Assembly: GCF_026210795.1 (NCBI RefSeq)
Contig: NC_089434.1
Coordinates: 5,456,001 to 5,520,000, forward strand
DNA: 64,000 bases
Reading direction: 5' to 3'
Source of the DNA: Rhizophagus irregularis
Taxonomy: Eukaryota
This document shows, piece after piece, positions 12,819-26,137 of this stretch. Under the pieces are notes generated by a model. That model was not told where the DNA came from and did no database searches. It saw nothing but the letters and a program-made list of their open reading frames with translations. Each line of letters opens with the position of its first letter. Within the stretch, counting starts at the first letter, position 1. Position numbers and translations under genes: made by a program.

Positions 12819-13597
12819 GGGCAGTGACATATATTAGCTAATATTATTTTAATAGTAACGTTTACTCCCCCACCCCCAGGTAACAGGGCGGACATCCTCA
12901 TATTATCACATTATTGCCGATCATTTTGCCGATCATCTATTTTAATATTATCACATAAAAAATACATATAAATTTTATTTGTTATCAAAATTCATCCAAA
13001 GTCCAAAAATTAATGTTTTCAAATCCAAAAATTAACTAAAACCCAAAAATGGGCTGAATTTTAATAATAATTAGAAAATTAAATTATTTTAATGATATTG
13101 TGACAACCAGTGATTAAAATTTAATTTTTGTTAGTTTTTTAAATTCATCTCGTCAAGACAAACATTTTGATAGTAATTTCATAAAATTTTTACACTAAAT
13201 TGATTGAGAAATTGCATTTTGAAAATTTCTATTTATTATATAGATTATAACAAATATAATTGCAAGTATAAATTTAGCCATAACTTCTTGATTACCTAAA
13301 ATTAGGAATGATTACTTCGGCCATTAATTTTAAATCAGTTAAACTATGACCCATAAAAGTTTCAAGTTTCGGTCAAATTTCTGTGACTTCGGCCGAAGCT
13401 TTAAAGTCTGATATCACCCAATTTACTATAAGATCGGCAAATGATCAGCAAGGTGATATAAGGATGTCCGCCCTGTTCCCCCAGGTAAGATTTTATGACC
13501 AATCACAACCATTTCACATGGTTTATATTATATGTAACCTAAGATTTTCTTTTACTCCCCCACCCCCTAAAATATTAGCTAATATATGTCATTGCCC
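12819..13597. mobile_element. PIF/Harbinger-type MITE
   Basis: TIR GGGCAGTGACATATATTAGCTAATATT / AATATTAGCTAATATATGTCATTGCCC; TAA TSD. Confidence 0.88.
12882..13477. mobile_element. Non-autonomous TIR element with 9-bp TSD nested in the Harbinger MITE
   Basis: TIR AACAGGGCGGACATCCT; TSD CCCCCAGGT (12873-12881, 13478-13486). Confidence 0.88.
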
Positions 13598-14559
13598 TAA
13601 TAGTTAATTTTATTTAAAGGAGCAAAAAAATAATAAAAAATAAAATAAAATTTTATCAAAATTTATAAAATATACTTAACTTATAATTATACTTTATACT
13701 GTTAAAATAATAATAAAAGAGTATTTTTAAATTCTACAAAAATAAAATATTAGTAATATTTACCAACATTCCAATTTTAAAAAATTTTCTTCTCTTACTT
13801 TTCAAGTATTTTTATATTTTCTTTAGTTCTAAAGTATTCTATTTCTATAATAAAAAAGTAAGTAAAATATTAGTAATATTTATTAATATTTCTAATTTAA
13901 AGAAAAACAGAAAATAATAAGTTTCTTTAATTAAAAATAATATAATATCTTAATTTATAAGTAAAAATAAATTTATTAATTATCTTTACAATTTTATTAA
14001 AAAAAAAATTCATTACTAAAATTGAGTTATTAAGAAGGATTTTCATTTAAATTAATATTTTTTATATTAAAAATAAAAAAAATTAAAGTATTAAAATTTA
14101 TATCATTATTTAAAATACTAATAATTACATATATATTAAATAAAAAATTACAAAATTTACTAATATATCAAATATACTTTTTAAAATTACTAAATAAATA
14201 TAAATAATAAGCATTAGTTTCTTTATATATACTGATTAAAATTTTATAAAATTTAAATTACATATAGATTATAGATTTAACTTATTAAACAATTTTTATT
14301 TAATATATAAAAGTAATTTTTTATAAATAAAATGTCTAAATTATATTTTAAAATAATTGATTAAGTGCAAAAAATTTAAAATCTGAATTTAATTATATTA
14401 TACTAAATAATACCAATTGCTTTATATATATTAGATAAAAATCAAAATATAAGTAATTTTAACCTTGCTAATCAATTTTCATTTAATATATAAAAGTAGT
14501 TTTTTATAATTAAAATATTTAAATTACATTCTAAAGTTATTAAGTAGAAAAAATAATAA

Positions 14560-14831
14560 CATCACGATATTGGTTAAAGTAGTTTATTAATATTTATTAT
14601 TAGTACTTATATATAAAATATAAGGTATGTTGGTAAAATGCATTTGAGTATTTACTTAAAGTTTTAAAATACTAATAAAATGCTTAATAAATTAAATGGT
14701 TAATAAATATTAAAATTTAGCACTTATTTAATATATTAAGCATTTATTGCTTAATAAATATAAAATTTTAATGCTTATTAAATATTGCTATTCAGTAAAC
14801 ATAAGGTTTCAGTTGGTCCAACATCGTGATG
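14560..14831. mobile_element. Probable MITE
   Basis: TIR CATCACGATATTGG / CCAACATCGTGATG; no clean TSD. Confidence 0.55.
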
Positions 14832-15121
14832 AAATTTAAAATTAATATTTATATAAGCCATCAAATATTAAATGATATAATAAAATTAAGATATAAGTAA
14901 TTTTAATTTTATTAAATAATTTTTACTTAATATATAAATATGATATACTTATATTAAAAAATACTAAAACTACATTTTAAAAAATTTTGCATATATTATT
15001 AAAAATATAAATTTTTAATTTTTTATAGCTTATATAAAATCTGACTAAATAACTAATATCAGAAGTTTAAAAAAACCTTTTTTTTTTATAAAATTACATA
15101 TATTTTTATTATTAAAATTAC

Positions 15122-15268
15122 ATGGGATTTTTGCAATAGAAAGGTATGAAGTTCAAAAAAATTTTAATTTTACTTTTATATGCTAATTATGTTTTTTTTA
15201 CTGAAATAAATGCAAATTTAATATTGATATTTTTTGAGTTTTGTACCTTTCTATTGCAAAGACCTCAT
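15122..15268. mobile_element. Small MITE
   Basis: ~39-bp imperfect inverted arms with core TTTGCAATAGAAAGGTA. Confidence 0.65.
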
Positions 15269-18200
15269 ATTTTCTTAAAAAAATTTTAAAAAAGTTTTTT
15301 ACTTCAAATCACTAGAGGCGATTATTACTATTGACTAGAATTATCAATTTTTACTGGCACTATATTTTTTTAATGCTGGTCAATCATTATAATTTTAGTT
15401 ACTAGTGATCATTACTTTAGTAATAGTTAGAAAAATTCTTTAAAAAAAATTTATTTTTTTTAAAATAAACTTCATATATATGTGAAGGAAAATTTTTAAT
15501 AGTAAAAATAATAAACTAAATTAAAAAAACTGATATATAGAATATGTAATAATTTATTAAATTACTTTATTTAGTATAATATAATATATTAAATATTAAA
15601 ATTGATGGTTAATTATAAAATGAAGTAATTTAATTAAAGTTACACAATTTTCTTAATCTACATTTATTATTTTTCTAAAGTATTAAAATTAAAGAAAAAG
15701 AAAAATAAATTAGAACCTTCAGAAAATATTTATATAAGTAAGATTCCAAAAAAGAAAAGGTTTTTATTATAATCATTAAGTATTGTTGATATCTAACTTT
15801 AAAATTATATAAAAATAAGGCAAATTTCTTATAAAATTAGTATTAGCTAACTGCTAATATATATCACTGCTTTTATTATAAATTTTATTAAATATTAAAA
15901 AGTAAAAAAGGTGCATAATTTTATTAATTGGATTGTTTTTTTTAGTTATATACACAAAGGTGTAGAAAAATGGTTAGATTAATCAGGATAAAAGTAACTT
16001 GTTTTTGGTTTTATTTCTAATAATAATAATTAAAATGAATAATTAAATGATAAAGTTAAACAGTTTTGCAGTTTTGCTGGTTAGGTTACACCAACCAATA
16101 GAAACATGATAAAAAATGCTGATCAATCAATTATGAAGTTTAATCTTGTGATTTACGTTATTGTTTTTTAATTGGCCATTTAAGTCGCAGGAGTCACATG
16201 CCAGAACTCAGGAACTTATGTGCCGGTTCTTTAGAGTTAGGATTGGGATTAGGGTAAGGGATTAGGGTAGAAATTTTTTTTTTATATGTAAAAGTGCTAA
16301 ATGACACGCATTATTCGTCACAACATAATGTTATATGTAACCCGGAAAAATGAATCCGACTAACATTTTTTTCTTTGCTGTTCAGAATATTAGAATATCA
16401 CATGTGCAGAGCCTATTATTATTGGTAAAGCACTAAAAGCAGCGTGTTTTGTTAAAATATATTTTTCTTTCAGATTTCGGAAGAAACATTATCCGCAATT
16501 ATTACTTCTTTTTAAATGTACAAATTTCAACGATACAATTAAAGATGTATGTGCTTTGTCAATTTTGTCAATCATTTTGTCACGATCAAATAAATTCTTC
16601 GAACATCTGATATGAGATCATCGATAATTTGATATCATCATCATTTGATTTTTCTTTGTTATTTCGTTTTTGCGAAAATAGCCTAAGCATTTTCAAAACA
16701 GAATCAACAATATAATTGAGATTCTTTGTTTATGTTTATATTGTAAATTTTTATTTATAATTTATGAAGTTCTTGGAGTTTTTGTTGCATTTTAATAAGA
16801 TTTTACTAATTTTTTTAATTTTTTGCGTTAAATGTGAAACGAATAATTTATGTGCATAACCAAGTGAGAACCTGAAATCTGTAAAACAATTCTATTGTTT
16901 CTATATTTAAGTTTTAACATTCGGAAAGTAAAGACTATTTTTAGGAAAGCAAAACAAAAAACAAATTTGATTGATTAAAGATTATATTTTTATGAAACAA
17001 TACGTCACAGTCGTCTAAGAGATGGTAATGGCGGGTTTATATATTTTTAAATCCTTTATTGGCTAAATGAAGCTTAATTATTCGTAACAGATTTAGATTT
17101 AGTATTTCCGTATTTTCGAACGCCAATTTCTTTTGTTGTTTCAAGTCACATAAGTCACATTCAAAATAATATACAGTATAAAAAGTTTTTATTTGTATAA
17201 TACAAAATAAAAATTCAAGTTAATATAAAAATATTGTAAATATTGTTCTTTTACACAGTCGATTTATTAAAATTAAAATAGATTGATTTTTAATAAATTT
17301 CTCAATTATATTTCATAAATTAAGTCGTAACGAGTTTCTAATATTGTTACACACGCTACGTAAAGTTGAGTCCGTAAATCATTATATCTATCAATTTTCC
17401 CACATTCACACTGTTTCGGAATTTTCTATTTTTTAATATCATTTCATATTATGTTACCATAATTAAATACAAATTTCCAAATTTGAATTTTAACCTGTTT
17501 TTTGCGTTAGTCGTGAAACCACGTATAATTTATAAATGTTCCTAATAAATTTGGTCCAATCAAATAATATGGCGCAGAATCCAAAAGAACTTAACAATTA
17601 TTATGTAAATCTCTGTAAATCCCTCATAAGTTCATAGTTTACTTTATAAAAATTAAAATGTATTGATTCAATAAATTCCCCAACTATATTTTAAAATAAA
17701 GTCGTAGCGAGTTTCTAGTACTATTATAACACATGCTGAGTGCTGACGTAAAGCTGAGTCCGAATTATATTCCATTGTTTCAGAATTTTCCATTTTCAAT
17801 TTATGTTACCATAATTAATCCAAATTTGAAATTAACGATTTATTTTTAGTCGTGAAACCAAGTATACTTTATAATGTTTCTAAAAACAAAAATCCGGTCC
17901 AATCAAATTGCAATGAAGATTCTTCCGTGTCAAAAATCCACTAATATATTCTGGCGCAGAATCCAAAAGAATTTAAACAATTTTATGTTATTTGTGTAAT
18001 TCCCTTGCACGTTCATAGTTTACTATGCCTTTTTCGTCGTCCTTCACATTATGCTGAAAATTCCTACGACTTTAGTAAACAATTGTTAAACTTTTTAAAG
18101 AGCAAAACTTGGATTAATCATATCGTAACCGCAGCATTAACTTCAAATAATTCAATTTATTGTACACATTTTCAAATTTATTTTATTAAAATAAAAAATT

Positions 18201-18819
18201 TTTAATATATATTAGTATTAATTCTCTTGACATTATTTTAATTATGTTCTTTGTTCAAATGATGTTACATCGCGAAATTGAAAATTCGGGACAATTACCT
18301 TAACCAACTGACCATGCTCTTTTTCTCTAAAAGTCAAAAAAGTTTTAAAAACAAATATTGTTCTACTAAAGTTTGGTAAATGAAACACTAATCCATGCGT
18401 TACAAATACCGTAAATAGTAGAGTGATTTCTTATTTTATCAATGATACAGACAATCAAATTTGATCATCAAATTATTTGTTAAATCTTAATATCATGTCG
18501 GATTTTTGTTCGTTTGTCAATCTAAAAATAAATCTAATTAAGAAAATATATGAATAATGTAAAAAAAAAAATGAAAATCTTAAAAGAAAAATAGATCATA
18601 AATACATTTTTTTTTATTTAACAAAAGAATTTATTATATTACATTAATTAGAAAATTTTCTATAAATTGACGATGATTTGGATCTTTTTTTTTTTCTAAA
18701 AAGTTTTTTATTTTGATTTTTAACAAATAGATTAAATATCAAAAAATCCTTCCAAACATCCTTCTATCAATTAATTTTTTCAAATAAATATCTTGATTAA
18801 GAAATCTTTATTATACAAA

Positions 18820-19416
18820 ATGTCTCAATTGGAAAAATTATATAATACTATCAAAAAAAATTTAGAAAAAATAGACACTGAATTGATCGAGAAGAAAACT
18901 GTGTTACCTCTTATCACACTCTTAGAACCAACAGTGGGACGTAGATCTCCCAATGCATTTATTATCTATTGCAAAGATCATGCATCTTTTATAAAAAACA
19001 AACCTGGAGATAATTCTAAATTATTAGGAAAAATGTGGGATAACGAACCAGCTGATATAAGGATGGTTTATGGTCTCTTATCAAATATAATGTCAACATC
19101 ATATAAAGAGTTCTTTTCAGGTACACAACCATTGGATCAATCTATTTCAATGCCCGCCTTCTGTGTTAATCCGATATATCAACCTTACGCGATTGAAAAA
19201 GAACCAATTAATGTAGTAGAACCAATTAATATGGAAGAACCAATTAATTCTGTACAGGATTCAGAATTACCCGATGAAACAAAACAACAAAAACAGGAAG
19301 AAAGTACTCCCGTTTTAAACGAAAGTCCAGGCATTATACAGCAAGATGAAGTGGGCACGGAACGTGACTTTATTAATCCTTATTTGGCGCTTTATTTAGC
19401 TTATTATAATATTTAA
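18820..19416 (+). CDS. Divergent HMG-box protein, ~198 aa
   Basis: RRSPNAFIIYCK...SKLLGKMWDNEPADIRMVY HMG-like segment; the ATG at 18820 aligns with the paralogue start. Confidence 0.8.
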   Translation: MSQLEKLYNTIKKNLEKIDTELIEKKTVLPLITLLEPTVGRRSPNAFIIYCKDHASFIKNKPGDNSKLLGKMWDNEPADIRMVYGLLSNIMSTSYKEFFSGTQPLDQSISMPAFCVNPIYQPYAIEKEPINVVEPINMEEPINSVQDSELPDETKQQKQEESTPVLNESPGIIQQDEVGTERDFINPYLALYLAYYNI

Positions 19417-20105
19417 TATATATAGAGATGGCTTAAATTATAGATTTTATTTAGATTTTATTTTATTTATTTTATTTATTTATTGTATTTCAATAGGGAA
19501 AATATGTATTAACAATATCATTATTTATTAAAAATAAAAAATAGATTTTTAAAATATTAGCCAAATGCTATAATATTACGATTACAACTTCATTATTATA
19601 ATATACACCATCATACTTGATGAGATAAATCTAACCTAATATCGGGTAAGCTGTCCGTAACGACACGTTAGAATAGTAGGAATTGATATAATATTAATAT
19701 GAATCCATTAATGCTCTCAGATTTACGTAAAAATGCAACTTGTTTTATGAATTTTTGGAAAATTTATAATACTAAATTAAAAAAAAATTAGTGATGAAAC
19801 TTGGTAAATGATGTCGATATAATTTCTAACTTTAGCAACAAATATCGTATTTGATCGTTATTAAGCACCTCTATAAACTGGTTCATTTACGTTGATGTGA
19901 ATCATTAATATATATTTAATCTTTGCTGAAAGGCTATATCAGAAATTATACCATTTTTAAATAGCAAAAAAAGGAGGTGCTTAATATGGTACTTGAATAG
20001 CTGAAATTACATGATATAATAATGGTCAATTAAATGATTGAACGATAAAATAAACTAAATTCTAAATGATTAATGTTTATACATATTTAAATTGAGATAC
20101 TAAAT

Positions 20106-20414
20106 TAAGGATGTTCATCGGTCCTAAAAGACCGTGGTCCAACGGTCTTACACCTTAAAAAGACGGACTTGGTGTAGGAGTACGGTCTTTCGGTCCCGTA
20201 TCACCGTCGGACCGCAGTCCTTTTAAGACCGATCAGTCTTCTTTCTTTTTTTTTTGCCAACAAAAAAATTTTTTTATATAAAAATCATTTATTATATGAA
20301 GACTGGTATGAGAATTGGTCAGTCCTCGGGACCGGTCCTACTGCGCCACAAAAAAGTGCAAGACCGCGGTCCGGTCCTACAAGTCCTGGGACCGACCGGT
20401 ATGACCCATCCTTA
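20106..20414. mobile_element. hAT-type MITE
   Basis: TAAGGATG...CATCCTTA termini; 8-bp TSD TACTAAAT; GGACC/GGTCC subterminal repeats. Confidence 0.88.
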
Positions 20415-21574
20415 TACTAAATCCTTTTTTTTTTAAACAAAAAAAAAAAAATAAAGCACTTGTCCCACATTTTCATAGTCCCAAATACAATGGTGGAATT
20501 GGACATGGAGTCTTGGACTAATTGGAGATGGTCCACTCACAAGTCCAATTGAGTTTCTATAGTCCAATATTTTTAACATTTTTATTTCATGATTAATCAT
20601 TTTTGTAAACAAAATAATTAGCTAAATGCTTTTTTTCTTCTAAATCTTCAAGCTAAATTGTTATGTCCCATTATTTTAAATAACAATAGTATAAAAGTGG
20701 ATCATAGGTCAATAGTCCAATAGTCCAAACCAATCGAAGATGGTGACCAGTACGATTTTTCTGATCTATTCCTTGAAAGTCGCGCAATCAAATTACGGTA
20801 ATTGGCTTAGTAAATTGAAATACATAATCATCGATCATCTTTTGTTCGAGCGTTAATTGATTCAATTAAAATTTTAGTGTTGATTAAAGTTTTTATTAAA
20901 AATTTTAGATACAACGAAGTATGGATCAGCTGCTGGAGTAGAAGTAATTTGGGTTTTTCGGTAAGAAGATTTGTGCAAAAGTTTATACAAAAATCTCAGC
21001 AAAATTTCTGAAAACCTCATTTTATACGCTATCATTTGCGAAAGTTTTGTGATGACTTGAATATATGCATACATATTGGAAATCTATTCCTATTATAATT
21101 CTGATTGGTGCAAAATTGTAATAATGTTGACAAATTACCATGCGATATGGTCTATTAGAATTTTTTCGTTAATATTTTGGAAAAAAAAATTTTTTATCAA
21201 AGTATCAACACTTTCACAAACAAGTAAAAACGCAAAAGAAAATATAATCCTATTAATGTATGAATAAGAAACAACATGATATGGGTAGCTAAAAAGTAAC
21301 TTTTAACTAAAAGTTACCATCGATGTACGCTTATCTGTTATGAAATTCATTATTATTATCATGCATTAATAACAATCATGTTAGATATGTTCATCTGCAT
21401 CATAACTTACGCAAAGTAAACAATCTATACCACGTTGTTTATCGGATGCATGTATCACTCCTCATTTCTCTGATCTCATTATATTTGTTACATTTTTTTT
21501 TAAAAAAAACAGTGGTTCAAGCATAAACAAACAAAACTTTATTCCGTTCTGACAATGAAATGTTATATTAATTT

Positions 21575-22095
21575 TTTTGATCTCAAAACCTAGTACAAAT
21601 ACTAAGTTCCTAGTATCTGCCAATTCTTCGTTAACGAACTTTCGATTGCGTAATATGTTTAAAATTGTTGTACCAGTTCCGCTGGTCTAATGATAAAGGT
21701 TCTTTCATCTTTATTAACTTTTGTTATAAGTGGATTATTTCGTCGAGATGAAGGGTTAAACTTGTATCAACCCACGTTCCAAACACAGTTTCGTATCTAT
21801 AATTATATATGTTGATTAGTGTTTCGATCCGGATAAAACCTCAAATATTTTAACGTGGGATTATGATTAAAAAAGGTTACAAATTTCGGCTTTGAGTGGA
21901 CTATAATTTCGGCCAGAATTAAAATAATATTATTCCATAAATTTTTATTAATTTTGGTGGTCCCAGCCTAAATTAACCGAGCCGGTATCCGGATAAAAAC
22001 CGGATAAAACCGCTACGGATCGAAACTCTGATGTTGATATCAAATTTGTATTTAAATATAATATGAAACTTTTTACTTATTTGTGTTGTACAATA
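21575..22095 (-). pseudogene. Duplicated 3' fragment of the SAM-methyltransferase gene
   Basis: Colinear with ~26160-26585 but with deletions, and a MITE in the last intron. Confidence 0.8.
21817..22030. mobile_element. hAT-type MITE, relative of 43082-44723
   Basis: TAGTGTTTCGATCCG / CGGATCGAAACTCTG; 8-bp TSD ATGTTGAT; CCGGAT subterminal repeats. Confidence 0.88.
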
Positions 22096-24192
22096 GATTT
22101 ATAATCAGAATATAAATATTTGAAACTTGATTATGATTTCATTTCTAAGAATAATCAAAATGATAAAATAAATAGTGTATACATTTGAAGATATTTATAA
22201 ATTTTTTATTATTATTTTTTTCAATATTAGTTGATCTTGGTGATTTACATATAATGAGCATTTTGTCGATCATTTTGTTGAACGTTATTCGAATATTCGA
22301 ACATATGACGTTTATTCAGATCATCAATAGTAAAATTTGATTTGATATATGGCATCATTTTATTATTTCGTTTTTGCGAAAATAGCGTAAGCATTTTTAA
22401 ATTTGTTTATATTATAAATTTTTATTAAGGATTTATGAAGTAAAATTTTTAATCAAGCCACATTCAAATTGATTCAAATGATTGAACACAGATAGTCGCC
22501 AAGACATCAAATGTTGTACTAGATTGTTGATTGTGTTTGATTATGTTATTGTATTATTATTAACACTCATAAAATACCAAATTTACCATAATTAATTATA
22601 TTGAATTTCATTAATTAGGTAAACAAAAGAAGATAGTAAAAATTTTGATTGATTAAAGATTATATTTTTATCATGAAACAATACGTCTCAGTCGTCTCAC
22701 AGAGATGGCGTATAAGAAATACAGGTTTATATATTTTTAAATCTTTTATTGGCTAAATGAAACTTAGTTATTCATAACGAATTTAGGATTTAGTATTTCC
22801 GAACGCCAATTTCTTTTTGTTGTTTCAGTCACATTCAAATAATATACAGTATATAAAGTTTTTATTTTTATAATACAAAATAAAAATTCAAGTTTATATA
22901 AAAATATTGTAAATATTGTTCTTTTATATGGTCGATTTATTAAAATTAAAATATATTTGTTTTAATAAATTTCTCAATTATATTTCATAAATTAAGTAGT
23001 TTCTAATATTGTTACACATGCTGCGTAAAGTTGAGTCCGTAAATCATTATTATATCTATCCGTTTTCCCACATCCATACTGTTTCAGAATTTTCTATTTT
23101 TCAACATCATTTACCATAATTAAATCCAAATTTGAATTTTAACCGGTTTTTCGGTTTTTTGCGATTTATTTTTAGTCGTGAAACCCATACATAGTTTGAC
23201 TTTCTTTAAAAAAAAAAAATCTGGTCCAATCAAATCGCAATAAGACAATATATATTTTTTATCACTAAGAGATCGGCATTAAGTGCTTTTTAAATTAATA
23301 AAAAGGTCAAAAATCCACTAATATATTCTACCGCAGAATCTAAAAGAATTTAAGTAAATCTGTATAAGTCCCTTGCACGTTCATAGTTTACTATGCCCTT
23401 TTTGTCGTCCTTCACATTATGCTAAAAAATTCATACGACTTCAGTAAACAATTATTAAACTTAAAGCGAAACTTGGATTAATCATATCGTAACCGCGGCA
23501 TTAACGTAACCGCAGCATTAACTTCAAATAATTCAATTTATTGAAATTTATTTTATTAAAATAAAAAATTTTTAATATATATGAGTATTAATTCTCTTAA
23601 CATTATGTTCTTTGTTCAAATGATGTTTCATCGTAAAAAGAAAATTCGAGACGATTATCTTAACTAATCTTTTTACCAACTGACCATTACGTTCTTTTCT
23701 CTAAAAGTCCAAAGAAGTTTTAAAAACAAATATTGTTCTACTGGAGTTTGATAAATGAAACATCAATCCATGCGTTACAAATACCGTAAATGGGAGTGAT
23801 TCCCTTATTTTATCAATGATACAAACAAATTGTCGGAACATCAAATTCGATCATCAAAACACGTGCTAAATCTTTCGGATCTTTTTGCTCGTTTGGCCAA
23901 TCTAAAAATAAATTTATTAAGAAAATATATGAATAATGTAAAAAAAATGTGAAACTTGAGAGAAAAAAATTATCATAATTACATTTTTTTTTATTTAACA
24001 AAAGAATTTATTATATTTACATTAATTCGAAAATTTTCTATAAATTGACGATGATTTGGATCTTTATTTTTTTAAAAAAATTTTTTATTTGATTTTTAAC
24101 AAAAGATTAGATATCAAAACATCCTTTTAAATATCCTTCTAAAAATCCTTCTATCAATTAATTAACTTGATTAAAAATCTTTATTATACAAA

Positions 24193-24615
24193 ATGTCTCA
24201 ATCTGAAAAATTATATAGTTCTATCGAAAAAAAACTCTTAGAACCAACGGGAAGTACTCATCCTAATGATACATCAATGCCCGCCTTCTGTGTTAATCCG
24301 ACGTATCAACCTTATGCTATTGAAAAAGAACCGATTAACGTGAAAGAACCAATTAAAGTGAAAGAACCGATTAACGTGAAAGAACCAATTAACGTGGAAG
24401 AACCGATTAACGTGAAGGAACCGACTAACGTGGAAGAACCGATTAACGTGGAAGAACCGATTAACGTGGAAGAACCGATTAACGTGAAAGAACCGATTAA
24501 CGTGGAAGAACCGATTAACGTGGAAGAACCGATTAATGTGGAAGAACCGATTAACGTGGATGAACTGTTTAATCAAATTAATGTGGCGATTTATTTATCT
24601 TATTATCAATGTTAA
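24193..24615 (+). CDS. HMG-less paralogue of 18820-19416 with 13 (E/K)EPINV repeats, 140 aa
   Basis: Shares MSQ.EKLY, LLEPT and SMPAFCVNP.YQPYAIEKEPINV; 18-bp tandem repeat at 24325-24558. Confidence 0.7.
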   Translation: MSQSEKLYSSIEKKLLEPTGSTHPNDTSMPAFCVNPTYQPYAIEKEPINVKEPIKVKEPINVKEPINVEEPINVKEPTNVEEPINVEEPINVEEPINVKEPINVEEPINVEEPINVEEPINVDELFNQINVAIYLSYYQC

Positions 24616-26137
24616 TATATATTATAAAACTTAAATTATAGATTTTATTTTATTTTATTTATTTATTGGGAAAATATGTATCAACAATATCATTATTTAT
24701 TAAAATAACAAATAGATTTTTAAAATATTAGTCAAATAAAAAGTTTATTGTTAAAGCGAAAAAAAATAAAAATAAAATTTTATTATATAGAAAAAAAAAA
24801 CGGTAAATGCTATAATATTACGATTACAACTTCATGATTATAATATACACCATCATTACTTGATGAGATAAATCTAACCTAATATCCGTAACGACGCATT
24901 AGAACAGTAGGAATTGATAAAATATAAATATGAATCCATTATTACTCTCAGATTTACCTCATTATAGGTACAAATGCAACTTGTTTATCCTGTTTTATGA
25001 ATTCTTGTCACCAACTTCTAAATGAAGGTATTGTTTCTATAATTATTAAATTGAAATGTGTTTCTTTCTGAAAATTTATAATACAAAATTAAAATATCAT
25101 TGAGTAAATTATGTTGATCGATATATTTCCTAACTTCCTAACTTTAGCAACAAATACTTGAATAGCTGAAGTTACATGATATAATAATGGTCTTACTTGT
25201 TGATGATAAAATAAATATTGTTTATTAATCCAACAATATTATATTATGATTATTTTTTGTAAACAAAATAATTAACTAAAATGCTTTTTTTCTTCTAAAT
25301 CTTCAAGTTGAACATAGGTCCAATAGTCCAATAGTCCGAACCAATCGAAGAAGATGGTGATTCTAATTTTTACTCCGAATATTCCTTAAAAGCCGTGCAA
25401 TGCTTAGAAAATAGAAACATATATCTTTTGTTCGAGCGTTAATAAAAAAAATATACATATATATACATGTATATATTATAATTCTGATTGGTGCAAAAAT
25501 TAAAGTGCGACATATTGACGTGATATGGGCCTATTAGAACTTTTCAATATTTTTGAAAAAAAAAAAATATTTTTTTATCAAAGGATGAAACTCTATCAAC
25601 AAGTAAAAAAATGCAAAAGAAAATGTAGTCCTATTAATGAACGTCACCCAATCCCAGGATATAGGCGGTTAAAAAGTAACTTTAACTAAAAGTCATTATC
25701 TGTTATGAAAAAGTGGGATCAACTGCACTTGTAGACTGTATACCGAGAGCATTAAAGAAAGAAGAAAAGAAAGAATTCATTATTATGATGACAAATTGAC
25801 AATGCATTAATAACAATTACGTTAGATATGTTCATCTGCATAAACTTACACAAAGTAAACAATCTATACTGACCACCACGTTGTTTATCTATTTGTTACA
25901 CTTTTTTAAAAAATAACAAAAAAATGGTTTAAGAATAACAAATAAAATAATAATATTTATTTAAACTTTAACTCAATTGAATATAGAATACATAAAATAA
26001 CGAGATAAAAAAGTAAGAATAAAAAATGAAAAATATTTCAAAAAAAAAAACAAAGATAATAAAAATGAAAGTATTTATAAAATAAAACCATTCTGATAAG
26101 GAAATGTATAATGGCTTGTTAAGAAAAAAAAAAATAA

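Noticed and set aside
24274..24576. Minus-strand HVNRFF ORF
   Set aside because: Antisense shadow of the 18-bp repeat
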